Of a DNA stretch of 64,000 nt, positions 13,671-27,893 are shown piece by piece. The notes beneath the pieces are model-generated. The model did no database searches, was not told the DNA's origin, and saw only the letters and a program-made list of their open reading frames with translations. The stretch is from the human T2T-CHM13v2.0 reference genome, Homo sapiens. The position numbers and the translations under genes were made by a program. The stretch lies in the NCBI RefSeq assembly GCF_009914755.1, contig NC_060945.1; one strand, given 5' to 3'. Every line of letters begins with the position of its first letter. Position 1 is the stretch's first letter.

Positions 13671-16600
13671 TGGAAATGCTGAAAAATTGACCATATGTTA
13701 CAAATAGACTGAGTTATTTGTCTAGTGAAATGGGTTCCTTGGTCACTGGGAAGACTGGAAGGAACTTTCCAAGATAGAAAAAGACAAGTATTAAAATGGC
13801 CATGGTTAAAGATGCAATTGACAAGGAAATTTGTGCATTTTCTTTTTTTGTTGCCTACAATTCAACATACTAATCATAATTATGACTGATAACATATACC
13901 AAGATATATTAGATTTTTAGTAATCTCATACAATTTTGGGACACACACATTTATACATATATAACTCAAAGCTAAATGCCATTTCTTATTTGACAGTTTT
14001 TTCTGTATGATTTTTTACATACTGAATAAGCCCAGTATCTCTCTTTGGAACTTCCAGGGGTTCTTTTTGGGATGTCCAAAAGTTAGTTCCTGATGAAATG
14101 ACTTAATTTAGAATTTGAAATTTGATTTTGAGAAGTTTATTAAATATTAAAGGTTTAAAACCCTGGAGCAAAATGGAATAATTTATTTAGCCAAAGTGAT
14201 GATTAAAATATTTCAAAAAGCAAAAAAACAAAATGAAACAACAATTCCTTATCTTTGATAGAGAGATTCAGTTTTCTAAACATCAAGACTTAATAAAGAC
14301 AGCATGAGACCAATAGAATCTCTCTCTCCTTCTCTCCCTATTTTTTTTTTTTTGCAGTTTACTCAAAAGATGAAATCCTTTTACTACTTCTTATTAATAC
14401 TACACAAAAATCTTATTCACAAGAGAAAACCAAATTCTACCTTTGTATTATTAATGGTGAAAGTAATTTTAATAAAACCCTACAAACAGATCTATCCAAT
14501 CTCAATCAGCTTTAACCACACAAGATAAGATTTCTATAAAACTTTTATAACCTCTTACAATTTAATTCCTTCTTTCCCAGACTTTCTATATCCATTTAGT
14601 TTTTTTATTCCTTTAATTTAAAATAACCTTCAAATAACCTGTAAGCAAAATTACTTTTCCTTTAACCAAAACCATATTCTCCTGCCTTTCTTATAACCTT
14701 CTTTACCAAAAAACACATCCTTCTTTTCTTATGTACTCTGTGTACAAAAGAATTCTTTTGTATCTAGTAGTTTTAGTTACATATTAACTATAATTTTACC
14801 TCTTAGTGACTCTAATTTTCATTGAACAACCTAGTAAGTAAGAAATTTTAATTATGTATCAGGTGCAGAAGCTAGGACAAAGGACATAGCTGTGAAGACA
14901 ATACCTAGAGACTCTTACCCTGCTCCAGCATGGTTATAAGGCACAACTGGGCCAGGGAAGACACATTGGGTTTGGCTCTGACATGCAGCTGGTGGCCTAA
15001 GTGCTGTCAACATACACATGTTTTCAGGCATCACCATGGCCACCTGTCTAGATGTCAGAATCTAAAGGCTCAAAACCAAAGACATAGGCTCACAAACAAT
15101 TAAGCAGGTATAAAAAAAAATCATGGAAGCAACCATTTTAGGATGTTTAAAACATCTAGCAAAGACAGTATAAATTTGTCTTACCTGTAGACCCAGGTAA
15201 AAATATCTAAAATTAAATTTAATTTCGTCAATCTTGAAGACATTTCTATTCTGTTTTGCCAACAATTTAAAGACTAGTTTTGTTTACAAAGATTACTAAA
15301 GTCTTACGAATTTGAAAAGTGTTTAGTCTTATTTACTTAATTTATGAACACTCATTTCTTTATAAATCAGTTTGGTACCATGTGGACAACATGCAAACAC
15401 AGACATGTGCACATGTACACATAAAAATACAGATACACACAAATAAAATCTCATAACTTTGATTTTAAAATTCCAGCCATGAGACTGGTAAAATTCTCTA
15501 GTTTAAAAGGACAGTTAGATTAAACTATACCTCTGTAAATGGAACAGTTAATCAGTCCCCAGGGTAGCAAGTTTACATCTCAAAGCACAGGGAAAGAATT
15601 TAAGCTTTATTATTATTATTTAAGGAGTTTGGATGTATTACTTAGAGGAAGATTAAAAATGGATACCAAGGTAACACAAAAGCATAAGCATTCACCACAG
15701 GACTTTATAAGAGAACAATTTCATTTAGATAGGTAGCTTCTAATTTAGTCTCCATTTTCTAACTGGACCACTGAGCTCCGGGAGGAGCCCATTAACAAAC
15801 AGTCCTGACAAAAAATTAGCAGTTTGCAGGAGGCAGAGCATCAAGGTCTTTAAAAATCAAGGATCTCATCTTTACACGAAATCCTGGGTCCCCCTAAAGA
15901 GGGAAATGCCTTGGGACGGGGCTACACAATGTTTCCACAGTGCTACTCACTACAAAGACATTCTCCTGGGGCTGGGGCGGTGGGTGACCCAATGCCATCA
16001 GCCCCCTCTGTGATCAGCCCATTTCCCAAGAGAGTTTTATCCCTTGGTGATGAGGGTTGCTATATCCTCCAAATGTTCAAACTGCACCTTTCTTATCTAA
16101 AGACACAAAGAAATGAGTGGCCTTCTGCAGTAATAACCATTCATTGTAACTGCTGTCAGCCCCTTCCAAAACTTCAGTTCTCGCCAGTGACTTGCCAGCT
16201 ACAAAGAGGTCACAGAAAGATCAAGTTTCAGCTGATAGTACAAGGTAATCCCTGTTACTCCAAAAGCCAAAAAAAAATCAGGTAACTCAATGCAGAAGAG
16301 AACAAAGCTTTAGACCTGAGAGGAGCCTTCGTATGACTCTCAGAACTCCACAAGGATGACAGAAAACCTCCAAGCGAGGGGTGTGCATGGCACCTTTTTC
16401 TGTGTTTCTCAAGGGGTATCGGGATGTTAGAAGGCTCTTCTAGACTTCTTCATGTGGCACTGAAGATGGTAAAGGGAAGGAGGAGCAGAGTAGAAGGAAA
16501 TGGAAGAGCAAGTCTTAGAGGAGCCAATTTGGGGAGAACTTTCTAAAAGGCCAATGAAGTTTTATATTTTTCTCAGCAAAAATCATGCCAGCAAGAAAGG

Positions 16601-17970
16601 AAGCAAACAGAGGGAGCAAGCATCCAATTAAAAAGGAGTTTTAGGAGTTTTAGTTGACTGGAAAAATTCCTGGAAATGGATCTAAAAGGGAGCAGAAATG
16701 CCTTGCTTTTAAACCATAGATGTTTTAACAAACAAAAACCTTCAAATCCCTTATAATCAGATTTCAGCCAGGACAAACAAAAAGTAGGCCTCTCATTCAA
16801 TTTGTTTGGTTCTAAAATGTGATTTATTTTTCAATTGTGTGTGCAAATATATTAATTTAGGAATTTTAAATCACCCTCATTTTTGCCATTGTGATGGCCA
16901 TTTGGGGGTCATCTTGAGTCATGTGGGTCCATTTACATAGGTATTTGCCAGATGGAGCTTTATAGGTATTACATGAAAACCCAGCTAGTGTTTCCAAGGG
17001 GGATTGTCCCTTCAGGGAAAGCTCAGTTTTGATGAGCAGTTTCCCATAATTTTAGAAATTCCTTTTCAAATATGACCAAGGCCAGGACAGTGTATCAGGT
17101 TGAAGTGTGCTGTTTTGTGAGTGTCACTTCTCAAAGAGTCACCAGAGAGTCATGACTTGCTTTTCATGTGTCTTGTAATCTCTGATCACCTTATGGTGGC
17201 AGAGTGTTCAAGACGCCAGGCAACCAGCCCTCGCACGTACCTTCTGGCTGAGCTGAAAGTCATCACAGGTATTCTTGCAGACAGGACCTATGATACTATG
17301 ATACATCTTGAACAGATGTTCTGTATCTTCATAAAGTCTTTAGTCACCTACAGCACCCAATTGAGTTTGGAGGTAGCAAGTTTCTCTCAAATTTCAGGGT
17401 GAGAGAGCTCAACCTCATGCACCTTTTGGCTTAAAACTAGCAGGAATTGGTCACAAATAAAATGACAATTGTGAATCACAAGCAGTAAGAAGCAGCTACA
17501 ATTTTAAAAGAATGTAATTTATGTAATTTCAGGCCAAAAAAGGGAAACTGGCAGTGTTAGACTGCCAATGCCATAACCTGAACCTCTTGCCATGAGCGGA
17601 GGCAGAGAAGGCAGAAATTTTCTGCAGAGTGGTGTGCTGCACCATGACCTGAACCTCCTACCATGGGGCAGAGGTAGGGAAGGTATTTCTCTGCAGAGGT
17701 TTTCACCTGAAGCTCCCATTCAGAGACGGAGACCAAAGCCTTCAGTCTTTAAAAACAAAAACAAAAACAAAAAAAAAAACAACAAAAAAACCCCAGCCCA
17801 AATAAAGCCTAGACCTCAACTGAGAAGAAAGAGGTTCAGATTCAGTAGGACTCACCTTTTGTACTCAGGGAAAGATGTGGAGACAGAGAAACACAGTAGG
17901 TTTGTGCTGGTGCTGAGTGCTGAGTCCAGGAGGGATCACTAGGTGGTCCAGGGTGTGAGGAGGTTGCTCT

Positions 17971-17990
17971 GAATCCTGACAGCTACACCA
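17971..17990 (-). other. Primer-binding site, tRNA-Ser type
   Basis: Minus strand TGGTGTAGCTGTCAGGATTC vs TGGCGTAGTCGGCAGGATTC (complement of tRNA-Ser 3' end), 16/20, 4 nt after the 5' LTR. Confidence 0.7.
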
Positions 17991-17994
17991 GATA

Positions 17995-18473
17995 TGTTGA
18001 CCTAAAGAAAGAAACTGGGGCAAAATTAATATAAGTAGAGAATTTATTTGGGCCAAATTTGGGGACCGTAACCCAGGAGTCACAGATTCAAGCTGCCCTG
18101 ATGGTATGCTTTCATTAGCAGCAGTTACAACTGGATTTTAAAAGAAAAAAGGAGTGGTTTTTACATTGGTTCATTAAAATAACATAAGCTAGTGATTGGC
18201 TATACATATTATTCTTTGTATCACAAATTCTAGAACCATAAAGATAATGAGTGAGGGTCACATTGTGCAACTTGTGATAACATTTTAGGTAATTTATCAA
18301 CTAGTCTGGAAACTGCAGAGAAGCAAAGAAAGAACAAAATGCCTTTAAATAATTGCCCCTGGGAATGGGTGCACCAGGAGTGTGCTGAAGTTTCTTACTC
18401 ATGTCTCTCTGGGCCTGATTAATTTTACATACCTCACATAGCACAGACCGCTCTGAGCTACTTTTCTTTCTCA
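17995..18473 (-). mobile_element. 5' LTR of the MER65-like provirus
   Basis: Minus strand TGAGAAAGAAAAGTAGCTCAGAGC...TTTAGGTCAACA; followed by PBS and splice donor AG|GTGAGT (17850-17857). Confidence 0.88.
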
Positions 18474-19834
18474 CTTTCTTCTAAGGAGATCACAAGTATT
18501 TCATGTATTACCTTATGTTCATGACATTCTTACTATTGTATATCTGCTTTATATTGTGGCATTGAAGGTTCATCTCCATGGTGGCAGAGATGAACATGAC
18601 TCTGAGAGCAATGACTTTCCCATCAATCATGAAAGACATATTTATTCACCACCATTCTGTATTAGGGATCCTATTGTGTACTGAGTTACTGCAGTACCCA
18701 CAAGGGAGTCTCTGAAAATTCTGACCCCCAGGACCTCTATAGGGCACACTTGGCATCAGATTTAATTGGAAAAGCATAAGGCAAGCCATGCAGCATGCCA
18801 GAATGACAGCATCAGGCACCCCTTTTTAATAAGACTTCTTGCAGAAGTCCTCACACCAATCAAAAAGCAAATCTCTGGCTTTTAAGTTGACAGTTAAGGT
18901 GCAAGGAGATGAGACATGTACATATGGTCCATCTTGGCTTAGAAGCCTTGTGTCTCCAATAAGATCCTGTATTTCTTACAATGTTTGAGGCATCAATTCC
19001 AGAGTCCCTGCAGTGAGCCTGCCCAGCTGTGAGAGTCATCACACTTAGGGATCCCAAAGCTATGGTTTCCCACTAAGTATTTATAGTTTATATATAGTTT
19101 CTTTCCTGTCAGATGCAATTTGTCATTTTTTTAATCATAAGAAATATTGCCTAGTAGCAATATTTTCATCCTACCCTTTGCAGATCTCCAGGGAAACAGT
19201 GCTATAAAGTTAACCCAAGGTCAAGTTTGTTCATATAGGACAAAAGATTTTGTTAATGCTTTAACCACAGATAATGCAGTCTTTTTTATACTATTAGGAC
19301 TAGGTCACAGGTTTAGCAGATCTTATTAGTTACTGATCAATTGACACATTTTCTTTGGTTCTTGATAAAATGAAGTCAGTTACGTTTAATTTACTAGCTA
19401 ACAAAAATATTTTCCAACCTTTTTGTCTTATAAATAAAATCCTGTTGTACTGTATTTTGTATTTACGACTATAGGAAGAGATAGAATTAGCTCTTGGCAT
19501 TTGTCTGATAGAACAGATCAAATGCAGGGCAGAATGCAGCCCCACTGTTAGGAATTCCTAGTGAGTTAAAATGTAATCCAGAGTGAAACAACCTCCAATG
19601 TATAATCTTGACTCTCCATTTACATCTAAAAAGGCGCAGATGACGACAGATCTTTCCAGGCATACAGAAAATACAGACATACCCCAACAGTATTTCTCCC
19701 AGTTTAACATTTTTCCATCAGAATGCCTTGTGACTTTTTATATCTGAACTTCATAAAGCGTACGCATCTCTTAGCCGATGCACGTTTAGGACAAATTTAT
19801 ATTTGTGCCTATAAAATGTGATATGGTATGTATT

Positions 19835-21215
<1,381 letters not shown>

Positions 21216-21860
21216 GTGAAGTTAACAATTAATAATAAAATAATTTCAGTGAAACAATGGGAGTTTTTAAGTAATTTCAGCCACAGCATCCAAGTCACAT
21301 GTTGATATTTTGAAAAATTCTTGAGGCTTCAAAAAGAAGATGTTTAGTATTTTGTTATATACCACATAAGCGATTATGAGGTATATTAATTTATTGGTTA
21401 TTAAGAAGTATGTTCCTCTTGAGCATTTTACCCCCTAACAAGATGTTTTATTGAGTTTTAGTTATGTTTGAGGAAATTGGCTGTCGGTTATGGTTGACAT
21501 ATTCTGCATTATAATTTTTCCCATGTAAAATCATGATAATTAGGCTCCCAGTTAGCATTTTTTCAATAGAACTAACCAAGAACAGATTACTGAAATTAAG
21601 ACAGAGATGACGTATTGATTGATTGATTAATTGAATTGTACATTTTAAAGGAAGAAAGTATTTAAAGAATTCCAATGCTTTTTTTTAGGTGTTAAATATT
21701 TCTTAAAATAATCTAATAAACAATCTAAGTTTTGTCTAAGGCTTCTCCAGAAAAAAAAGAGCCTGTGTACACTAAATGTCTTCTATTAAATAAAAGTGGT
21801 TGGTCAACTTGAAGAGGCCGCCAGGATTCAGGAAATGGGTAGGCTTCTAATTTACCTCTA

Positions 21861-22085
21861 GAGTAGGTTTCTCAATCCTGGTATTAATGACATTTTGGCC
21901 CACATAATTCCTTGTTGTGGGGGTTGTCTGGCATCGAGTGATGTTTAGCAGCATCTTTGGCTTCTACCTACTAGTTGCTAGTTGTGACACCCTCACTTGT
22001 GACAACCAAAACTATCTTCAGACTTTGCTAACTGTCATATGGGGAGGAGACCCCCTATACCCAAACCCCATTGAGTAAAACTACT
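21861..22085. mobile_element. MER20 (hAT-Charlie)
   Basis: TTTCTCAATCCTGG..GACATTTTGG..TGTTTAGCAGCATC..GTGACAACCAAAA; flanked by CTCTAGAG on both sides. Confidence 0.8.
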
Positions 22086-22115
22086 CTAGAGTTTATCTTA
22101 ACTATAGGTCCATTT

Positions 22116-22410
22116 TGTATTAATCCATTCTCACACTGCTATAAAGAACTACCCGAGGCTGGATAATCCATAAAGAAAAGAGGTTTTATTGACTCACTGC
22201 CCTGCAGGCTGTACAGGAAGCATGACTGGGAGGCCTCAGGAAACTTACAATTTTAAACCATTAGAACTTGTGAGAACTCACTATCACAAGAAGAGCAAGG
22301 GGGAAATCTGCCCCCATGATCCAATTACCTCCTACCAGGTCCCTCCTTCAACACTGGGAATTACAATTCAACATGAGATTTGAGGGGGAACACAGAGCCA
22401 AACCATATCA
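22116..22410 (-). mobile_element. MSTA/THE1D solo LTR with internal deletion
   Basis: TGTATTAATCC...CCATATCA termini; sequence missing after GAAACTTACAA compared with 1173-1565. Confidence 0.88.
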
Positions 22411-23799
22411 CACATCAATGGCTAATAAATCTGTTCTGAGTCCTCTAGACTTTGATTGACTCATGAGTGGACTAGAAATCTTTGGATTGTACTGAAGAAT
22501 ATTGACTGGAATCATCTTGGTGACCCAAACCAATTAGAATTAAATTTAATCTAATTTAATTAGAATTCAATTAGAATCAGAACATGCCTCAGAGGGAGGG
22601 CCAGGCATGGGGAAAGTAGCAATTCACTTTAATTTCAACTTAGAGTTGAAACATTTCAGCCAATAATTTGTTATTTTTTTAATGAAACCTGTTATAGTTC
22701 CACAAAAAGAACTCTCAATCCTCTTACAAATGGAGTAAACTCCTTTGTACCTATTGTAAGTGTAATTTTCATAGGCCTTAAAGTCATACATACAAACTAG
22801 GTAATATTTTATTTTTGGGTAATTGAACTTAGTTTCTATTATATGCCCTATTTCCCCTGATATTGTAATGCAAAATCTAGTCATTTCTAGATGGATTTAG
22901 CCTTTGTCATACTTTTGTCATGTCATCCTTTGTCTTGTAACTTCAAGTTTAAAATCATGTCATTTCTGGACTTTGCCTTTGCCTCCTGCTCTTCAGGGTG
23001 GTATTCCTGTTCCCTAGTTTATTCTAGACAGGATGGAGGTAGGGAGTCAGGGAAAAGGGACCTGTTCTTCCGTGGTCATGGTATTTGTCAGTCTTCCAGA
23101 AGGCCACCTCCTGAAATCTCTGCAACTGTGAGCGCCTCAGCTGCATAATGCCCACTTGCATTTGGGTTAAAAATTCTAGACCCTTGGGTCCTAAGCTGTC
23201 TCTTTCAAGTACCTTCTGAGCCCTGCTTGGGGAAGTGGGAGGTTTATTTGTCCACTTCTCACGGGTGACCTTAAGGTAGGATCAGAGCCGTCATCAGAGT
23301 CTCTTTGCCCCTCGATGTCACACCGAGCCACATCTAACTGTTGGCCCAATGTAACTGACCATTTTTGCTCTGATGCTGGGGTACTAAGTTGATGTGGTAG
23401 ATCTAGAACACACTTTTTCCAACCTTCTCTCTCCTCAAACTATACACTAGGGAAGAGTAAGGTTTCAGTCTTCCCTCATGTGCATTTAACCCTTTTGCTG
23501 CTCCTCCATGAATTATTTTCATCCTATCAGGACGCTTTCACCTACTGGGCACCTAAACTTGCGTGGAGATGAAGGGTGTAACTTCTTTCTGTAAGTACTC
23601 TTCCAAAGTCTTTGCTGTTCTACAACATTGCTGTTTGAAGCTAAAAGCAAAAAACATGACATCCCTTTTATTCTGTTCTGCAGTAATTTTTCCTTTCCTG
23701 AGTTTGAAAATACCTTAGAATAAACAGGATGAAGGAAAGGTCTTTGGGAAACAAGAAAATTATCATAATTAAAAAAAACACATTTCAATTTTTTTGTCA

Positions 23800-24435
23800 T
23801 GATATATGAACATACTCCTTCCTCTCCCTCCATCCCAGAACCAGTCAGATGCCAACATCTTCTTAATTTTATTTCATGCAGCTGGCTCTTCTCTTGCATT
23901 AGTGTGGCTAGCCCCTTCCACTCTCAACCTACTACATTTTGCAGTAGGTTGCTGGCTAGGCTCTGGCCTCACACTCTTATTTGCATCCTACACACTGAAT
24001 ATAGGTGAATCTTTCTAATAAATAGTACAAAAACCTTTAATGACATTATGTTGCCTCTGAGCTAGGTTGCATTTATATCCTGCATAATCTGACACCAACC
24101 TGTTTTATAAGAGTGACCTCTCATTTCATGAATCTCTAGTTTATTTATGTAGAAATAAACACTGAGGTCTTAATATGTTTCAGACACCATGCCAGGCACT
24201 GGGGAATGAATGAAAGATTTCAGTCACTCAGGTCGAAAGATTCTTGATGATAAGAACCAGTGAGGAACTGAGGAAACAATGGGAATCCTAATTACTTTGC
24301 TAGGTTTCATGCCTCTGTGCATTTTTCTAATATAACCAGGGCTGGGGAAGGCAGAAGTCAGAGAAAATTTCCCAGGGAAGATGAAGAGGAATTATTAAAA
24401 TAGAGAAAGATAAGGAGTGTGTTCAGGCATGGTTC
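23800..24435. mobile_element. L2 fragments
   Basis: Diverged L2-like motifs, e.g. ATGCCAGGCACTGGGGAAT. Confidence 0.45.
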
Positions 24436-24879
24436 TCAGCAACAGTAAACAATGAAGGTATGAAATATTATAGTATACATAATAGCATTTGTTTTTTGGT
24501 TTGATGACCCAGCATCTGAACACCCTTCCTGCATTGGATAATTCTCTATTTTATTAAAGGGAAACGATTTCCACTGTAGAAACCGAAGATACCAATGTGA
24601 AACTAGGGCATGAGCACACGACTTAGGTTCCATGAATTAGATGGAGACTCCCTAGACTTTGAATTGAGGGTAGTGATACCAAAAAAATCAAAACAAAACA
24701 CAATCCATTCTGGTGAGCTTGGCAGCCGTGGTGGGAGGTACATGCCCTTTCCAGAGACCCTAGTAGTGGTGCCATGTTTGGTATCAGTAGGTCAGCCACG
24801 CAAGCTGCAGTTTCTGGGTCTAGCAGGAGGGGTGGTGGGGTTTCCAATGCACCAGTTCTGTGGCGTGATTTGAAAAATG

Positions 24880-26105
24880 ATATTATTTAGATTTTGCTGC
24901 ATAACTGATCATCCCATAACTAAGTGGTAAGTCGCAAAGACTCTCTTCTTGACTGAACTTTAGATAAGCTCTTCTGAGTTCTGTTTTTGACCATGCCCCA
25001 GTGTAGGCTTATAAAAACTGCAGACTCTCAGCATAAATGATTTTTGTCTATTTTCCATACTCCACTCCCACACTAAAATTTTTGAGCAAAAATTAATATA
25101 GTTTCTAGCAGCTCAAAGCTACATTCCTAGAATGACCCTAGCCCCTTAAACTGCTCACCTTGGAAAGCTCAAGACTGATCCAGTCCAAACCAGTAATAAA
25201 CAGGCCCCTGAACCCTCCCCTCTTAGAGCAGTTGTAGTTTAGGAAGCTTGCAGTTGTAATTCCTTTCTCTTCCCCTTTGCGATGTAGATCTTCTACCACC
25301 CAAAATTAACATTCAGGGAAATAATTCCCCCTCTGGTGCCCAGCCCCGTGGCACCTTGCCTCTAATTTACACCACTGCCTTCTGCCATATAAATATAAGA
25401 AGTTTGCTTCTCCTTTAGATAAGCACCAATTAACAAGATCAGTTTCTGCTTAAGCCCCTGCTCATTCCCCCTTCCTTAGTCCCTCATTGTCCCTTTAACA
25501 TGCCCAGTCACCTCTGCACAAATCAAAGTTCAGTTCATGTTGGAACCTCTTTCCCTTTGCAGTGATAATTACGGAATAAAGTTTATTCTTAGTGCTTTAA
25601 CCAGTGTCTAACCAGTGTCTGGATTTATCTTTGACACAAGTCATCTCAGAACTTAGTAACTTATATTTAGCTTATTTATGATCTTGTGAAAACAGCAGTT
25701 TGAATTGGGTTTAACTGAACAGCTCTGGGCTCATTCATGTGTTTGGAGTTGGCTGCTGGTCGATGAGGCAGCTCTGTTTCTGTGGTTTGGCTGACTGTCA
25801 GCTGAGGCTATGGGGATGACTGGACCGCATGTCTCTATCACCGAACAGTCCAGCCCAGGGTTGTTCACATGACAGGTCAGCAGGGTTCCAAGAAGTAGAG
25901 CTCCTGTGAAGTCTACATTCAGAACTGATATAACCATCACTTCTGCCACATTCTTTTGGCCAAAGCAAGTCACAAGGCCAGCACCAAATCAAAGGGTAAA
26001 GAAACACCCTACCTCCTGATGGGAGGAACTTCAAAGTCACATTGTTAAGGGATGTGGATACAGGAAGAAAAATGATGGCAGGTATTTTGCAGACTATCTC
26101 TATAC
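24880..26105 (-). mobile_element. MLT1F/G-like LTR split by a MER67-like LTR
   Basis: TTTGCTGCATAAC..; CACTTCTGCCACATTCTTTTGGCCAAAGCAAGTCACAAGGCCAGC..GATGGGAGGAACT. Confidence 0.75.
24930..25636 (+). mobile_element. MER67/MER31-family ERV1 solo LTR
   Basis: Starts CAAAGACTCTCTTCTTGAC..ACTTTAG; AATAAA at ~25575; ends TTTATCTTTGACA. Confidence 0.7.
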
Positions 26106-26324
26106 AATTGTACCCGCTGTGCAGCCTCCAAGCTTGATTCTTTGGGCCAGGTTTTGGAGCCTCCTTTAATCTTTAATGAAGTCTTTCTTACATCCGCCTA
26201 AATTGTTTCTGTGGCTTACAATTAAACATCTTGTTGAATATTCTGAGTCGCACATACATTCTCTCTCTCTCTTCACACCATGACTCTTTCCTATAATGTT
26301 TAGAGCAGCGCTGTCCAATAGATG

Positions 26325-26610
26325 TATACAAGCCTTAATATAACTTAAAAAATTTGGGTAGCCATATTTGAAAACATGAGAAGAAACAAGTGGAATTAAT
26401 ATTAATACTATATTTTATTTCACCCAATATATCCACAGTGTTATTTCAACTAATCAATCTACAAATTATTATATCATGAGATACTTTACTTTTTTTTATT
26501 CTAAGTTTTTGAAATCTCTTGTAAAGCTTACACTGTCAGCACCTCTCAATTTGAATTGGCTGCATTTCAAGTCCTCAGTGGCCTCTACAGGCTACCATAT
26601 TTAGGACATT
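26325..26610. mobile_element. MER33 (hAT-Charlie)
   Basis: CAGCGCTGTCCAATAGA start; GAAACAAGTGGAATTAAT; CATTTCAAGTCCTCAGTGGC. Confidence 0.8.
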
Positions 26611-26735
26611 GTTTTTCCCCAGAGTGAGTCATTGCTTAGATCTGGATATCTGATTCACAAGTAAAGAATGACACTACTGAAGAGGCATAGGAAACGAAAC
26701 CATCATATACTAACCATGAATTTTATACTGGACTC

Positions 26736-27035
<300 letters not shown>

Positions 27036-27064
27036 ACAGGGCGCTATTAAAAGCACTTTAACTA

Positions 27065-27530
27065 ATATCTTAGTTTGGGTTCTACCCCTAGCAGAGCTTG
27101 AGACACGCATTTGGGTGAAAATAATTTATTTGAGGAATGATTCCAGGAAGCCAATTAAAGATATATTATTGAGCCAGTTATTGCTATGGAGAACTGGCTC
27201 AATTCCATGGACCCCTCGGGGAGCCATATAGAATGAATTTCAGAATTGTTCCTCTGAAGAACAGAAGACTGAGGCATTTATTTACTGACCCCCATTTCTC
27301 ACTGGCTGAGGGTTGTGCCCATGGATGTTAGTGCCCCAACGTTTCTGGACTGTCCTATATAAGGCTGAGGAATCTTATAGCTTCAGAACGAGTCCTGAGG
27401 CAGAAAAGCTGAGCAATAAGGCAAACATCTGGCATAAGGTTTTTCCAGTATGTATGGGAATTGTCTGCCACCAGTTGGAACTGGAATCAGTGATGGGGCA
27501 GGCACATGGCAAAGCCTCTGCTATGCGTAC
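27065..27530 (-). mobile_element. Old ERVL LTR (LTR33/LTR16-like)
   Basis: TCTTAGTTTGGGTTC..GCAGAGCTTGAGAC..TTTATTTGAGGAATGATTCCAGGAAG. Confidence 0.6.
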
Positions 27531-27540
27531 ATTGTACAAT

Positions 27541-27893
27541 TGTCTTCTTTTGTTCAGGCTGCTATAACAGAATCCCATAAATTGGGTGGTTTATAAACAA
27601 CATGAATTCATTTTTTACAGTTCTAGAGGCTGGGAAGTCCAAGAGCAAGGCACCAGCATATTTGATATATGGTGAAGGCTCATTTCCTGGTTCATAGAAT
27701 GGTACCTTCTTGCTGTTTTCTCACATGGTGGAAGGGAAGAACTCTGGTCTCTTCAGACTCTTAAAAGGGCATAATCCCCCTATGAGGGCTCCAACCTTAT
27801 GACCTAATCACCTTCCAAAGGCCCCACATCCTAATGCCTTCACATTGGGAATTACTTTTTAACATATAAATTTGGGGGGAACCCAAACATATT
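27541..27893 (-). mobile_element. MLT1A-type LTR
   Basis: GGCTGCTATAACAGAA..CAGTTCTAGAGGCTGGGAAGTCCAAGA..ATGACCTAATCACCTTCCAAAGGCCCCAC. Confidence 0.85.

Larger units (their letters stand above)
12348..18473 (-). mobile_element. ERV1 (MER4-group, MER65-like) provirus with two LTRs
   Basis: Homologous LTRs 12348-12570 and 17995-18473; TSD CTTT (12344-12347, 18474-18477); PPT at 12571-12582; PBS at 17971-17990; integrase remnant. Confidence 0.88.
24485..26240. mobile_element. Old ERVL-class LTR (LTR16/LTR33-like) split by MLT1
   Basis: Sequence ending GTGATTTGAAAAATGA (~24880) appears to resume at ~26105. Confidence 0.45.

Noticed and set aside
17971-17990. tRNA-Ser-like sequence as a tRNA gene
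   Set aside because: Only the 3' 20 nt are present, next to an LTR; this is a PBS
22530-22580. AATTAGAATT-type quasi-palindromic repeats
   Set aside because: Low-complexity AT expansion with no regular spacer structure
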